Origin: an uncultured Pelagibacteraceae bacterium
GTDB taxonomy: Bacteria; Pseudomonadota; Alphaproteobacteria; Pelagibacterales; Pelagibacteraceae
Length of the DNA: 64,000 nt
Assembly (NCBI GenBank): GCA_902606105.1
Contig: CACLFK010000004.1
Coordinates: forward strand, 10,255-74,254
Direction of reading: 5' to 3'
The translations under genes and the position numbers were made by a program. Below the pieces are notes generated by a model, which was given only the letters and a program-made list of their open reading frames with translations, was not told where the DNA came from and did no database searches. Shown in pieces: positions 1 to 8,467 of the stretch. Every line of letters begins with the position of its first letter. Positions within the stretch are counted from its first letter, which is position 1.

Positions 1-137
1 ATCATTCCTTCAACACCTAAATTTAATACTCCAGATCTCTCTGTTATAAGCTCTCCTGAGGCTGCAAGTATAAGAGGAACAGAGGATGCCATAATAGCCC
101 CAATTAGAATTCCAAGAAAATTAATATCAATATTCAT
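1..137 (-). CDS. ABC transporter permease (nucleoside/sugar CUT2, BPD_transp_2 type), 5' part; runs off the window edge
   Basis: Hand translation from ATG at 137: MNIDINFLGILIGAIMASSVPLILAASGELITERSGVLNLGVEGM. The ERSGVLNLGVEG motif is typical of nucleoside ABC permeases; overlaps the end of the upstream permease. Confidence 0.85.
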   Translation of the reverse strand, partial: MNIDINFLGILIGAIMASSVPLILAASGELITERSGVLNLGVEGM

Positions 138-1200
138 ATTTTTTTAATCCTAAAAATTTTATTCTAAAAAAAAGTAAGAAATCAGATGCAAGAAGAAAAA
201 ATAAAATCATTCCTTGAAATACTTGTCCTGTATACTTTGGTACTTGTAAAAATATTTGTGCAGTTTCAGCACCTAAGTAAGTCAGTGCTACAATTAACGA
301 TGCAAATACAATACCGATTGGATTTAGACGACCTAAAAAAGCAACAATTATTGCTGTAAATCCATATTCAGGTGAAATCATTCTATGTAGCTGTCCAATA
401 GGACCAGTGATTTCGCCAACGCCTGCAAGACCAGCACACGCACCGCTAACCATAAATACTAGTAGTATCATTGTTTTACCTTTAAAACCGGCATACTTAG
501 CAGTCTTTAAACTTAATCCTGAAACTTTAATTTGAAAACCCAAATAAGTTTTAAATAAAACAACCCAAGCTAAAAAAACACTGAAGAGAGCAATAAAAAT
601 TCCAGCATGAATTCGAAGACCCTCAAATAAAATGGGCAATCTAGCAGACTCACTAAATTGTCTTGTTTCAGGAAAGTTAAAACCCTCTGGGTTACTCCAA
701 GGACCAACAACAAGATAATCTAATAATAGTTTAGATATATAAACAAGCATCAAGCTAACCAATATTTCATTAGTATTAAAATAAATTTTTAAAATTGCAG
801 GTATCATCGCAAATATCATTCCACCAATTGCACCAGCCAAGATTATTAAAGGTAAAACATAAAAACCCTCATGATTATAAAATAACAAGGCAACACCTCC
901 ACCAACTATTCCCCCAAATGTTAATTGTCCTTCTGCTCCAATATTCCAGTTATTACTTTTAAAACAAAAAGATAGACCGATAGCTATCAAACAAAGTGGA
1001 GTTGCTTTTACAAGAAGCTCACTTAGACCATATAAATCTGAAATAGGTGTGATAAAAAAAAATTTTAGAGCTTCTAAAGGTTTGAAACCAAGTAGATAAA
1101 ATATAATTGCTCCTGTTACTAAGGTCAAAAAAATTGCAAGTACAGGGGTTAAAAAATAAATTAAATTTGAAGTTTCATCACGTCTTTCAATTTTAATCAA
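127..1200 (-). CDS. ABC transporter permease (nucleoside/purine type)
   Basis: Multi-TM protein with NIGAEGQ, NEILVSLML and YGFTAIIVAFLGRLNP motifs. Confidence 0.9.
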   Translation of the reverse strand: MIKIERRDETSNLIYFLTPVLAIFLTLVTGAIIFYLLGFKPLEALKFFFITPISDLYGLSELLVKATPLCLIAIGLSFCFKSNNWNIGAEGQLTFGGIVGGGVALLFYNHEGFYVLPLIILAGAIGGMIFAMIPAILKIYFNTNEILVSLMLVYISKLLLDYLVVGPWSNPEGFNFPETRQFSESARLPILFEGLRIHAGIFIALFSVFLAWVVLFKTYLGFQIKVSGLSLKTAKYAGFKGKTMILLVFMVSGACAGLAGVGEITGPIGQLHRMISPEYGFTAIIVAFLGRLNPIGIVFASLIVALTYLGAETAQIFLQVPKYTGQVFQGMILFFLLASDFLLFFRIKFLGLKKYEY

Positions 1201-2692
1201 CTAACCCTCCACCCATTAAAAGTCCTAACTTTTCAGGATTAACCTCTTCAGCACTCATTATTTTTGAGAGCTTTCCTTTGTTAATTACAGAAATTCTATC
1301 ACTAAGTTGTAGAAGTTCGTCATTATTTGTTGAAATAAGGATTATAGATTTTCCTTGCTCATTTATCTTTACAAGTGTTTGGTGAATATAATTTATAGCT
1401 CCAACATCTAGACCCCAGGTTGGATTAAAACATATTAATAACTCTGGTGATGTAATTAATTCTCTACCTAAAATTAATTTTTGAAGGTTTCCACCAGATA
1501 AAAATTGACTTTTAAGGTTAACATTATCTGTGTTTACTGAAAAATTTGATAGAATTTTTTTTGAGTGATCTTTAATTTTTCTTTCATTAAAAAGACCTTT
1601 TTCAAAAAAATTAGAGGTTTTAAAATTATTCAGTGCTACGTTTTCGTAAATTTTTAATGACGGAACAGCTGCTTGGGATATTCGATCTTCAGGTGAAAAA
1701 GCCATTAAATATTCCCTTCTTTCCTTAGGGTTTAATTTGCTAATTTCTTTACTTCTAAACTTAATAGAACCATTATTTGATAATGTCTCACCACTTAAAA
1801 TTTGAAATAATTCATTTTGGCCGTTTCCCGATATGCCTGCTATCCCAAGGCATTCACCTTTATTGAGAGTAAAATTTATATCGACTAAATTAACTTCGTA
1901 GGGATCCTCACTATTAAAATTTAGCCTCGAAACCTTCAAAATTTCTTCTCCACTTAAATTATTTGAAGCTATTTTTTTTATTTTGTTTAAATTTTCTCCA
2001 ATCATTTTATTTGCTAGACTTGATAGTTCTTCATCAACTGTTCTACTGATAGATACAACTTTACCTTTTCTCATTACAGCAACTTCATCGCATAACGATA
2101 AAACCTCTTTTAACTTGTGAGTAATATAAATAATTAAAATTCCTTCTTTTGAAAATTTTTTTAAAGACAAAAATAGATCTTCAGTTTCTTGCTCTGTTAA
2201 AACAGAAGTAGGCTCATCCATTATTAAAACTTTTGGATTTCTTATCAGACACCTTACAATTTCAACCTTCTGTTTTTGACCTGCAGAAAGATTTAAAATT
2301 GGAACATCTAAGTCAATCTTGAAATTATATTTTTTTAAAATATTATTAATTAGAATTCTTAATTGATGATTATTTTTTTCATTATCGATGCTTAAATTTT
2401 CAAAAACTGACAAAGTTTCAAAAAGATTAAAATGTTGAAAAACCATTCCTATATTATTATTTTTTGCATCTTTAGGTGAAGTAAGTTTAAGAAGTTTATC
2501 GTTTAGGAAAATTTGACCTTTATCAGGATTAATTACGCCTGATAATATTTTTACTAAAGTAGACTTTCCAGCACCATTCTCTCCTAACAAGGCGTATATT
2601 TTTCCACTTTGAAAATTTAAAGATACATTATCGTTAGCAATACAACCTGGGTAAATTTTTGAGACTTTAGATACCTTGAGTTTTGTATTCAT
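1193..2692 (-). CDS. ABC transporter ATP-binding protein with tandem NBDs (CUT2/nucleoside type)
   Basis: GENGAGKST Walker A, LSAGQKQ, IMDEPT; second, degenerate NBD with GISGNGQ, LSGGNLQK, PTWGLD. Confidence 0.92.
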   Translation of the reverse strand: MNTKLKVSKVSKIYPGCIANDNVSLNFQSGKIYALLGENGAGKSTLVKILSGVINPDKGQIFLNDKLLKLTSPKDAKNNNIGMVFQHFNLFETLSVFENLSIDNEKNNHQLRILINNILKKYNFKIDLDVPILNLSAGQKQKVEIVRCLIRNPKVLIMDEPTSVLTEQETEDLFLSLKKFSKEGILIIYITHKLKEVLSLCDEVAVMRKGKVVSISRTVDEELSSLANKMIGENLNKIKKIASNNLSGEEILKVSRLNFNSEDPYEVNLVDINFTLNKGECLGIAGISGNGQNELFQILSGETLSNNGSIKFRSKEISKLNPKERREYLMAFSPEDRISQAAVPSLKIYENVALNNFKTSNFFEKGLFNERKIKDHSKKILSNFSVNTDNVNLKSQFLSGGNLQKLILGRELITSPELLICFNPTWGLDVGAINYIHQTLVKINEQGKSIILISTNNDELLQLSDRISVINKGKLSKIMSAEEVNPEKLGLLMGGGLVD

Positions 2693-2828
2693 TTGATAAA
2701 TTAAAATTAATTAGAATTAATAATTAGTACAATTAAATATAGTAAAAAAAGTAATTTTTTTATGTAAAATGAATAGTTTTCAACTTGAAGGCTAATCTTT
2801 TGACACAATTGAGTGTTAATTCAATCTC

Positions 2829-3131
2829 ATGAGAATTAAAATAATTTTAATAATTTTATCAACTTTTTTTGTCTTATCTGGATGTCAAACAGTGAAGCAA
2901 AAAACTGATGCTATTGTGGAAAAAGAAAACGAAAAATTAAGTGAATTTATCGGAAAGTCTGCAAGCAAGCTTCAAATGGAATTAGGAAAACCCGATGAGG
3001 ATTTTAAGAACGCCAAAGGAAATTTTGAGTTTGTATATAATACGAAAAAATATTTGATACCTTGTGAAAGAAGATTTGAAATTAATTCAGATAATATTGT
3101 TATTGGTTTTGTTTCTAACGGTTGCTTTTAA
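2829..3131 (+). CDS. Small hypothetical lipoprotein
   Basis: Signal peptide with lipobox LSGC; LGKPD motif; two further Cys. Confidence 0.75.
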   Translation: MRIKIILIILSTFFVLSGCQTVKQKTDAIVEKENEKLSEFIGKSASKLQMELGKPDEDFKNAKGNFEFVYNTKKYLIPCERRFEINSDNIVIGFVSNGCF

Positions 3132-3137
3132 ATCTAA

Positions 3138-3163
3138 CTTGCGAGGACAAAGATCCCCGCAAG
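3138..3163 (-). terminator. Stem-loop between convergent genes, probable hsp20 terminator
   Basis: Minus strand CTTGCGGGGA-TCTTTG-TCCTCGCAAG forms a 10-bp stem with one G-U pair, 11 nt after the hsp20 stop; U-tail is weak. Confidence 0.65.
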
Positions 3164-3174
3164 CAAGGTTAAAC

Positions 3175-3621
3175 TTATTTAATATCAATAAGTTTTTTCT
3201 TTTTATGTTCTGGAACAATTCTTTCACATGATATTGTTAAAAGGCCATCTTTAAGCTCAGCACTATTTACTTTTACGTCATCAGCAATAGTGAATGATCT
3301 TGCAAATTGTCTTTGAGAAATACCTTTATGAATTATTTCTCCATCAACTTCACTGTTCTCAGATTTATTAACTTGTTTAGTTCTAACTGTTAATAAATTA
3401 TCCTCAAACTCAACCTCAACATCTTTTTTATTAAAGCCAGCTAATGCAACCTCAATCGCATAGTTGTCCTTACCTGTTCTCCGAATGTTGTAAGGAGGGT
3501 AATTTGACTGCATTGTCAAATTTCCATTTCCCAACATATTTTCGAATTGATCAAACATGTCGTCAAAACCAATTGAAAACGGTCTTAGTGAGTTAAATAT
3601 AGATAGATCCTTACTTGTCAT
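3175..3621 (-). CDS. ibpA: Small heat shock protein (Hsp20/IbpA family)
   Basis: NYPPYNI, IEVALAGF, IHKGISQRQFARSFTIA, AELKDGLLTI motifs; strong SD AGGAGG. Confidence 0.95.
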   Translation of the reverse strand: MTSKDLSIFNSLRPFSIGFDDMFDQFENMLGNGNLTMQSNYPPYNIRRTGKDNYAIEVALAGFNKKDVEVEFEDNLLTVRTKQVNKSENSEVDGEIIHKGISQRQFARSFTIADDVKVNSAELKDGLLTISCERIVPEHKKKKLIDIK

Positions 3622-3677
3622 GATATCCTCCTTTGTAAAGCAAGTTTATATTTAGTAAGCCCCATTAGGCGACCTAC
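3622..3677 (-). promoter_or_regulatory. ROSE-like RNA thermometer in the hsp20 5' UTR
   Basis: Hairpin 1 GTAGGTCGCC-TAAT-GGGGCTTAC (3677-3655); hairpin 2 CTTGCT-TTACA-AAGGAG (3644-3628) places UUGCU opposite the SD. Confidence 0.7.
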
Positions 3678-3684
3678 AATTGTT

Positions 3685-3712
3685 ATTTAGAAACTATTTT
3701 TTAAATTTCAAG
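3685..3712 (-). promoter_or_regulatory. RpoH (sigma32) promoter of hsp20
   Basis: Minus strand CTTG-N17-TCTAAAT; matches the alphaproteobacterial RpoH consensus CTTG-N17/18-CYTATNT and the groES promoter in this window. Confidence 0.75.
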
Positions 3713-3722
3713 ATTAAAAAAA

Positions 3723-5798
3723 TTATATTTTTTTTGCAATTTTTAGTGCAAAAGCATAGTCGATTGCAATTTCTTCAATTGCACCATCTCGCCCAGATTT
3801 ACCACCGTGTCCTGCATTCATTTCAGTTTTTAATAAAAGTAAATTATTATCAGTTTTATACTCTCTTAATTTTGCAGTGAATTTTGCAGGCTCATCAAAC
3901 AAAACCCGATTATCGCTAAGGCTAGTTGTAATTAAAATATTTGGATAATCTGCTTTTTTTATATTGTTATAGGGAGCATATGAAAAAATATATTCGAAGT
4001 GTTCTTTATTATCTTTAGCGTTTCCAAATTCATCAAACTCTCCAACTGTTAAAGGTAAAGAGTGATCTAGATTGGTAGTTAATGAGTCAACAAAAGGCAC
4101 AGCCATTATAATTCCCAAAAATAATTCTGGTGACTGATTTACAACGGCACCCATAAGTAATCCCCCTGCGGATCCACCCATGCCAATAATTTTACCTTTA
4201 GAGGTATAGTTATTTTCTGTTAAATATTTACCTGCGTGAATATAATCTTCGAATGTATTTTTTTTGTTTGTTAATTTTCCTTCTTTCCACCACTTCATTC
4301 CTTTTTCCATGCCACCTCTTATATGGGCAGTTGCCCAAATGATGTCTCTATCTATCAAGCTTAATCTCGTTGATGAAAAACTTGGGCTCATAGAATTTCC
4401 ATAAGATCCATAACCATAAAGCAGTAAGTTGGCAGAACCATCTACTTTAGTTTTTTTATGACGTGTAATCGTTAAGGGCACTAATCTTCCGTCGTGTGAT
4501 TCGAATTCTACTCTTTCAACAATATAATTTTCTGGGTTATGTCCTGATGGAATTTCTTGTTCTTTAACAAGCTTTTTAGATTTATTAGATAGATTATATT
4601 TATAAACTCTCGAGGGTGTTTTAGGTGAAGAATATCCAAGATAAATCTCATCAGTATCTCTATTTCTTTGAGTTAGTGAAACGCCAGGAACATAAATTTT
4701 TTCATCTGAAAATATTAACTCTTTTTCAAGATTTGTTGAGAGGTTTCTAACAAACAATTTATCTAGTGCATTAGATGTTTCAGATCGAATGATCCAATTT
4801 TTAAGAAAAGTTAGACCTCCTATCAATACTTCATTTTTTGAGGAGATAAAAGGTTTCCAGTTTTGCTCTTCTAAATTTTCAGTAACATCAATTTTAAAAT
4901 CCTCTGCATTTTTATTGGTATGATTATAAAACTTACCATCCCATGAGCTTACTGAATAAAGAACTCCTCTTTCTCTTTTCATTATAAGTTTTGGTTGAGG
5001 TTTAGCCTCATTCACATTAAAATAGTATTGTTCAGATGTATTATGATCTGATGTATTTATAAAATAATATTTTTCATCAGAACTTAATCCAATGCTAACT
5101 GTAAAAGCTTCACTTTTTTCCTCAAAAATTAGCTCATCCTCATCTTCAAAATTTCCAATTTCGTGTCTGTAAATCTTTCTTGCTCTATGATTTTTGTCTA
5201 GCTTTGAGTAAAATATATATTTATCATCTAAACTAAATGTAATACCTCCAGATGTTTCTGTAATTTCTTTTGAAATAAATTTATTTGTTTTTATATCCCT
5301 AATATAAATTGTATAATATTCAGAGCCTTTAAGATCTAAAGAATACCCAAGATATTTATCATTATTACTTACTTCTAAATCACCAACGCCAAAATACTCA
5401 GTGTTTAATTTTTCTTTTTCTTTATCTCCATTCCAAATCTCTTCAATTTTTTTTGTACCAATTTTTTTACGAAGCTTAATCGAATAATTTCCTTTAGCAG
5501 TCGTTTTTGTCCAGTATTTAAAAGTATGATCTTTATATGGAAGTGATTCATCGTCTAATTTGATTCTACCTTTAATTTCATCAAATAATTTTTTTTGTAA
5601 GCTTTTTGTATCTTTCAAATGATGTTCAGCATAATCATTTTCATCGTCTAGATATTTTTTTACTTCAGGATCTAATTTTGATTTATCTTTTAGAACTTCT
5701 AATATATTTTTCTGGTGTATCCAGCTATAGTTATCTTCCCATGTAACATTATGACAAGATTTTAGTTCTGGTTTTTTTCTTAGATATGGTATTTTCAT
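3723..5798 (-). CDS. ptrB: Oligopeptidase B (protease II, S9A)
   Basis: YGYGSYG, GGSAGGLL catalytic Ser, DNRV Asp, AGHGGKSGR His. Confidence 0.95.
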   Translation of the reverse strand: MKIPYLRKKPELKSCHNVTWEDNYSWIHQKNILEVLKDKSKLDPEVKKYLDDENDYAEHHLKDTKSLQKKLFDEIKGRIKLDDESLPYKDHTFKYWTKTTAKGNYSIKLRKKIGTKKIEEIWNGDKEKEKLNTEYFGVGDLEVSNNDKYLGYSLDLKGSEYYTIYIRDIKTNKFISKEITETSGGITFSLDDKYIFYSKLDKNHRARKIYRHEIGNFEDEDELIFEEKSEAFTVSIGLSSDEKYYFINTSDHNTSEQYYFNVNEAKPQPKLIMKRERGVLYSVSSWDGKFYNHTNKNAEDFKIDVTENLEEQNWKPFISSKNEVLIGGLTFLKNWIIRSETSNALDKLFVRNLSTNLEKELIFSDEKIYVPGVSLTQRNRDTDEIYLGYSSPKTPSRVYKYNLSNKSKKLVKEQEIPSGHNPENYIVERVEFESHDGRLVPLTITRHKKTKVDGSANLLLYGYGSYGNSMSPSFSSTRLSLIDRDIIWATAHIRGGMEKGMKWWKEGKLTNKKNTFEDYIHAGKYLTENNYTSKGKIIGMGGSAGGLLMGAVVNQSPELFLGIIMAVPFVDSLTTNLDHSLPLTVGEFDEFGNAKDNKEHFEYIFSYAPYNNIKKADYPNILITTSLSDNRVLFDEPAKFTAKLREYKTDNNLLLLKTEMNAGHGGKSGRDGAIEEIAIDYAFALKIAKKI

Positions 5799-5812
5799 TT
5801 TTAACGAAATAT

Positions 5813-6316
5813 ATGAATATTATTATTTTTACAGTATTAATTTTAATCGGTTTATATTTTTTACTTAAAGTTTTCACTAAAATAGCATCTAGGAAAATAT
5901 CAACAGGTATAAGAGTTATTTTGTTTATTCTTTTAGCTTTATTTGCAGTTTTATTTGCTATTGGAGGTAAATTTCTCTTAACATTACCGTTAACATTAGC
6001 AAGTTTGGCCCTATTAAAGCTTAAAGGTTTGTCTTTATTTCAGTTAATTTCATTATACAGATTAATTCAAACATTAAGAAATTCTGGAAGGTTTTCATTT
6101 AATAATCAAAACGCCTCTAACCTTAGCACTATGTCTACTCAGGAAGCATATAGAATACTTAACCTTAACCCATCTAAAAATTTAACAAAAGACGATGTAA
6201 ATAAAGCATACATAAAAATACAAAAAAAAATACATCCAGATATTTCTCCAGAAACATCAAGACTTTCCTCTTTGGTAAACGAGGCTAAGGAAATTGTATT
6301 AAGAGATTTAGGTTAA
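5813..6316 (+). CDS. Membrane-anchored J-domain protein (Pam18/Tim14-like, TimB type)
   Basis: N-terminal TM segments; C-terminal MSTQEAYRILNL...IHPD...VNEAKE J domain. ATG 5813 preferred to 5786, which overlaps the ptrB start. Confidence 0.8.
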   Translation: MNIIIFTVLILIGLYFLLKVFTKIASRKISTGIRVILFILLALFAVLFAIGGKFLLTLPLTLASLALLKLKGLSLFQLISLYRLIQTLRNSGRFSFNNQNASNLSTMSTQEAYRILNLNPSKNLTKDDVNKAYIKIQKKIHPDISPETSRLSSLVNEAKEIVLRDLG

Positions 6317-6327
6317 CTTATTTAATC

Positions 6328-6356
6328 TTTACTATTTTTTTGTTTTTATATAAGTT
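6328..6356 (+). promoter_or_regulatory. Putative sigma70 promoter giving a leaderless transcript
   Basis: TTTACT-N17-TAAGTT, 6 nt before ATG 6363, no SD. Confidence 0.45.
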
Positions 6357-6362
6357 TTAAGC

Positions 6363-7247
6363 ATGAATAAGATTAGCGGTATATATGCCGCCTCGTTGTC
6401 AGTTTTAAATGATGATTTAACGTTAAATATTAATAAAACAATGCAACATGCGGAAAAGATTATAGATCATGGTTGTCATGGAGTTGCGATTTTTGGAAGT
6501 ACTGGACAAGCTCAGTTAATTCCTATTTCTGAAAAAATTAATCTATTAAATCACTTAGCCTTAAGCAAATATAAGGAGAAATATATAATTGGAACTGGTT
6601 TAAATTCATTGGGAGAAACTATTAATTTAATGAGAGTAGCAACATCTTTAAATTTTAATAAATTTCTAATAATGCCTCCAGCCTATTATAAATATGGTGA
6701 TAAAGAGGTGATAGAATTTTATAGTAAAATAGCGGATGCAATCCCTGACAGTGAAATAATTCTTTATAATTTTGAAAAATTGTGTGGATATAAATTTAGT
6801 GTTGAGTGTGTTGAAAAATTAGTTTCAAAATATCCAAAAAATATAGTTGGAGTTAAAGACAGCTCATATAATTTATTTGAAAATTTAAAAATAGAGAATT
6901 TCTCAGTTTTACCAGGTTCAGAGTCTAAATTGTTAAAAGGACTAGAATTAGGTTGCTCAGGCATAATCACTGCAACGTGCAACGCTACGTCAGAGTTAGC
7001 TAGAAAAGTGTTTGATGACTTTCAAAATAAAAATGAACAAAAAGTTAATCAAAAACTATGCGATGTGAGAAATACATTTGAAAAATATAATTTAATATCA
7101 GGACTTCATACATTTTTTGGAAAAAAAGATACTTCTTATAAAAATTTATTACCTCCTTTAAGCATTTTGAATTCGAAAGAGGCTGAAGAACTAAATACTA
7201 ACTTAGAAAAGTTAAATTTTTCAACTAAGTCGTCATTGGCAGCATAA
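6363..7247 (+). CDS. DapA/NanA-family class I aldolase (probably not a true DHDPS)
   Basis: GSTGQ, PPAYYK, LYNF, VGVKDSS Schiff-base Lys. Confidence 0.85.
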   Translation: MNKISGIYAASLSVLNDDLTLNINKTMQHAEKIIDHGCHGVAIFGSTGQAQLIPISEKINLLNHLALSKYKEKYIIGTGLNSLGETINLMRVATSLNFNKFLIMPPAYYKYGDKEVIEFYSKIADAIPDSEIILYNFEKLCGYKFSVECVEKLVSKYPKNIVGVKDSSYNLFENLKIENFSVLPGSESKLLKGLELGCSGIITATCNATSELARKVFDDFQNKNEQKVNQKLCDVRNTFEKYNLISGLHTFFGKKDTSYKNLLPPLSILNSKEAEELNTNLEKLNFSTKSSLAA

Positions 7248-7248
7248 T

Positions 7249-8439
7249 ATGCAACTTGCAAGATTTTTAAATAGTGTTTTTAAGAAAGATGGCTTTATAT
7301 TAATCGATGCTAATTCAAAATCTTATATTATTGGAACACCAAAAAAAGATAACCCAATTAAATTAAAAATATTAAATAAAAAACTCCATTACAAATTGTT
7401 ATTTCATCCTGACCTTTATTTTGGTGAAGCTTACACCGACGGAGAAATTGTAATCGAAAATGGAAGTCTTACAGATTTTTTAGATCTTGCACTTATGAAT
7501 TTTGGAAGAGGAGATCTTAATTTATTTAGTTATTTAATGAATAGATTAAGAGGATCATACAGATATCTAACAAATTTTAATTTTATAAAGAAATCAAAAA
7601 TGAATGTTTCCCATCACTATGATATTTCAGATGATTTATATGATTTATTTTTAGATCCAAAAAGACAATATTCATGTGCTTATTTTAAAAATGCAGATGA
7701 TACACTAGAGGATGCTCAAAATAACAAAATAAAACATATCATCAAAAAATTAAACATTAAGCCAAATCAAAAAGTTTTAGATATTGGTTGTGGTTGGGGA
7801 TCTTTAGCAATTGACATAGCTAAAAGTTCTAATTGTGAAGTGACTGGAATAACATTATCTGAGAATCAATTTAATTATTGTAAAAAAAAAGCAAAAGAGG
7901 TTAATCTTGAAAATCAACTAAATTTCAAGCTAATGGATTACAGAGAGCTTAATGAAAAATTTGACAGAATAGTTAGTGTTGGAATGTTTGAACATGTAGG
8001 CAGAAAATTTTATCGTAAATTTTTCTCTCAGGTTGAAAAGATGCTCAAAGATGATGGAATTTCACTAATACACACTATTGGATCTGTAAATCCACCCCGG
8101 GATCCTCATCCATGGATTACAAAATATATTTTTCCAGGTGGATATACGCCAAGTTTAAGTGAAGTTACTACACCAATTGAAAAAGCTGGATTGATTGTTG
8201 CGGATATTGAAGTTTTAAGACTTCATTACTCTCATACCCTAAGACATTGGAAAGAAAACTGTCTTAGAAATAAGGATAAAATAATTCAAATGTTTGATGA
8301 AAGATTTTTTAGGATGTGGGAATTCTATCTTGCAGGTTGTGAGATGGCATTTAAATGGGGCGATCAAGTCGTTTATCAATTTCAACTGACAAAAAATTAC
8401 AGATCTACTCCAGTTACAAGAGACTATATTTATCAATAA
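7249..8439 (+). CDS. cfa: Cyclopropane-fatty-acyl-phospholipid synthase family methyltransferase
   Basis: HHYDIS, YSCAYF, LDIGCGWG, SVGMFEHVG, KYIFPGG, MWEFYL. Confidence 0.9.
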   Translation: MQLARFLNSVFKKDGFILIDANSKSYIIGTPKKDNPIKLKILNKKLHYKLLFHPDLYFGEAYTDGEIVIENGSLTDFLDLALMNFGRGDLNLFSYLMNRLRGSYRYLTNFNFIKKSKMNVSHHYDISDDLYDLFLDPKRQYSCAYFKNADDTLEDAQNNKIKHIIKKLNIKPNQKVLDIGCGWGSLAIDIAKSSNCEVTGITLSENQFNYCKKKAKEVNLENQLNFKLMDYRELNEKFDRIVSVGMFEHVGRKFYRKFFSQVEKMLKDDGISLIHTIGSVNPPRDPHPWITKYIFPGGYTPSLSEVTTPIEKAGLIVADIEVLRLHYSHTLRHWKENCLRNKDKIIQMFDERFFRMWEFYLAGCEMAFKWGDQVVYQFQLTKNYRSTPVTRDYIYQ

Positions 8440-8467
8440 ATTATTGATAGATATAAATCTTCGTGAA

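Noticed and set aside
2793-2819. CIRCE element (GAGTGTTAA resembles the right arm)
   Set aside because: No TTAGCACTC left arm at 9-bp spacing, and not upstream of a chaperone gene
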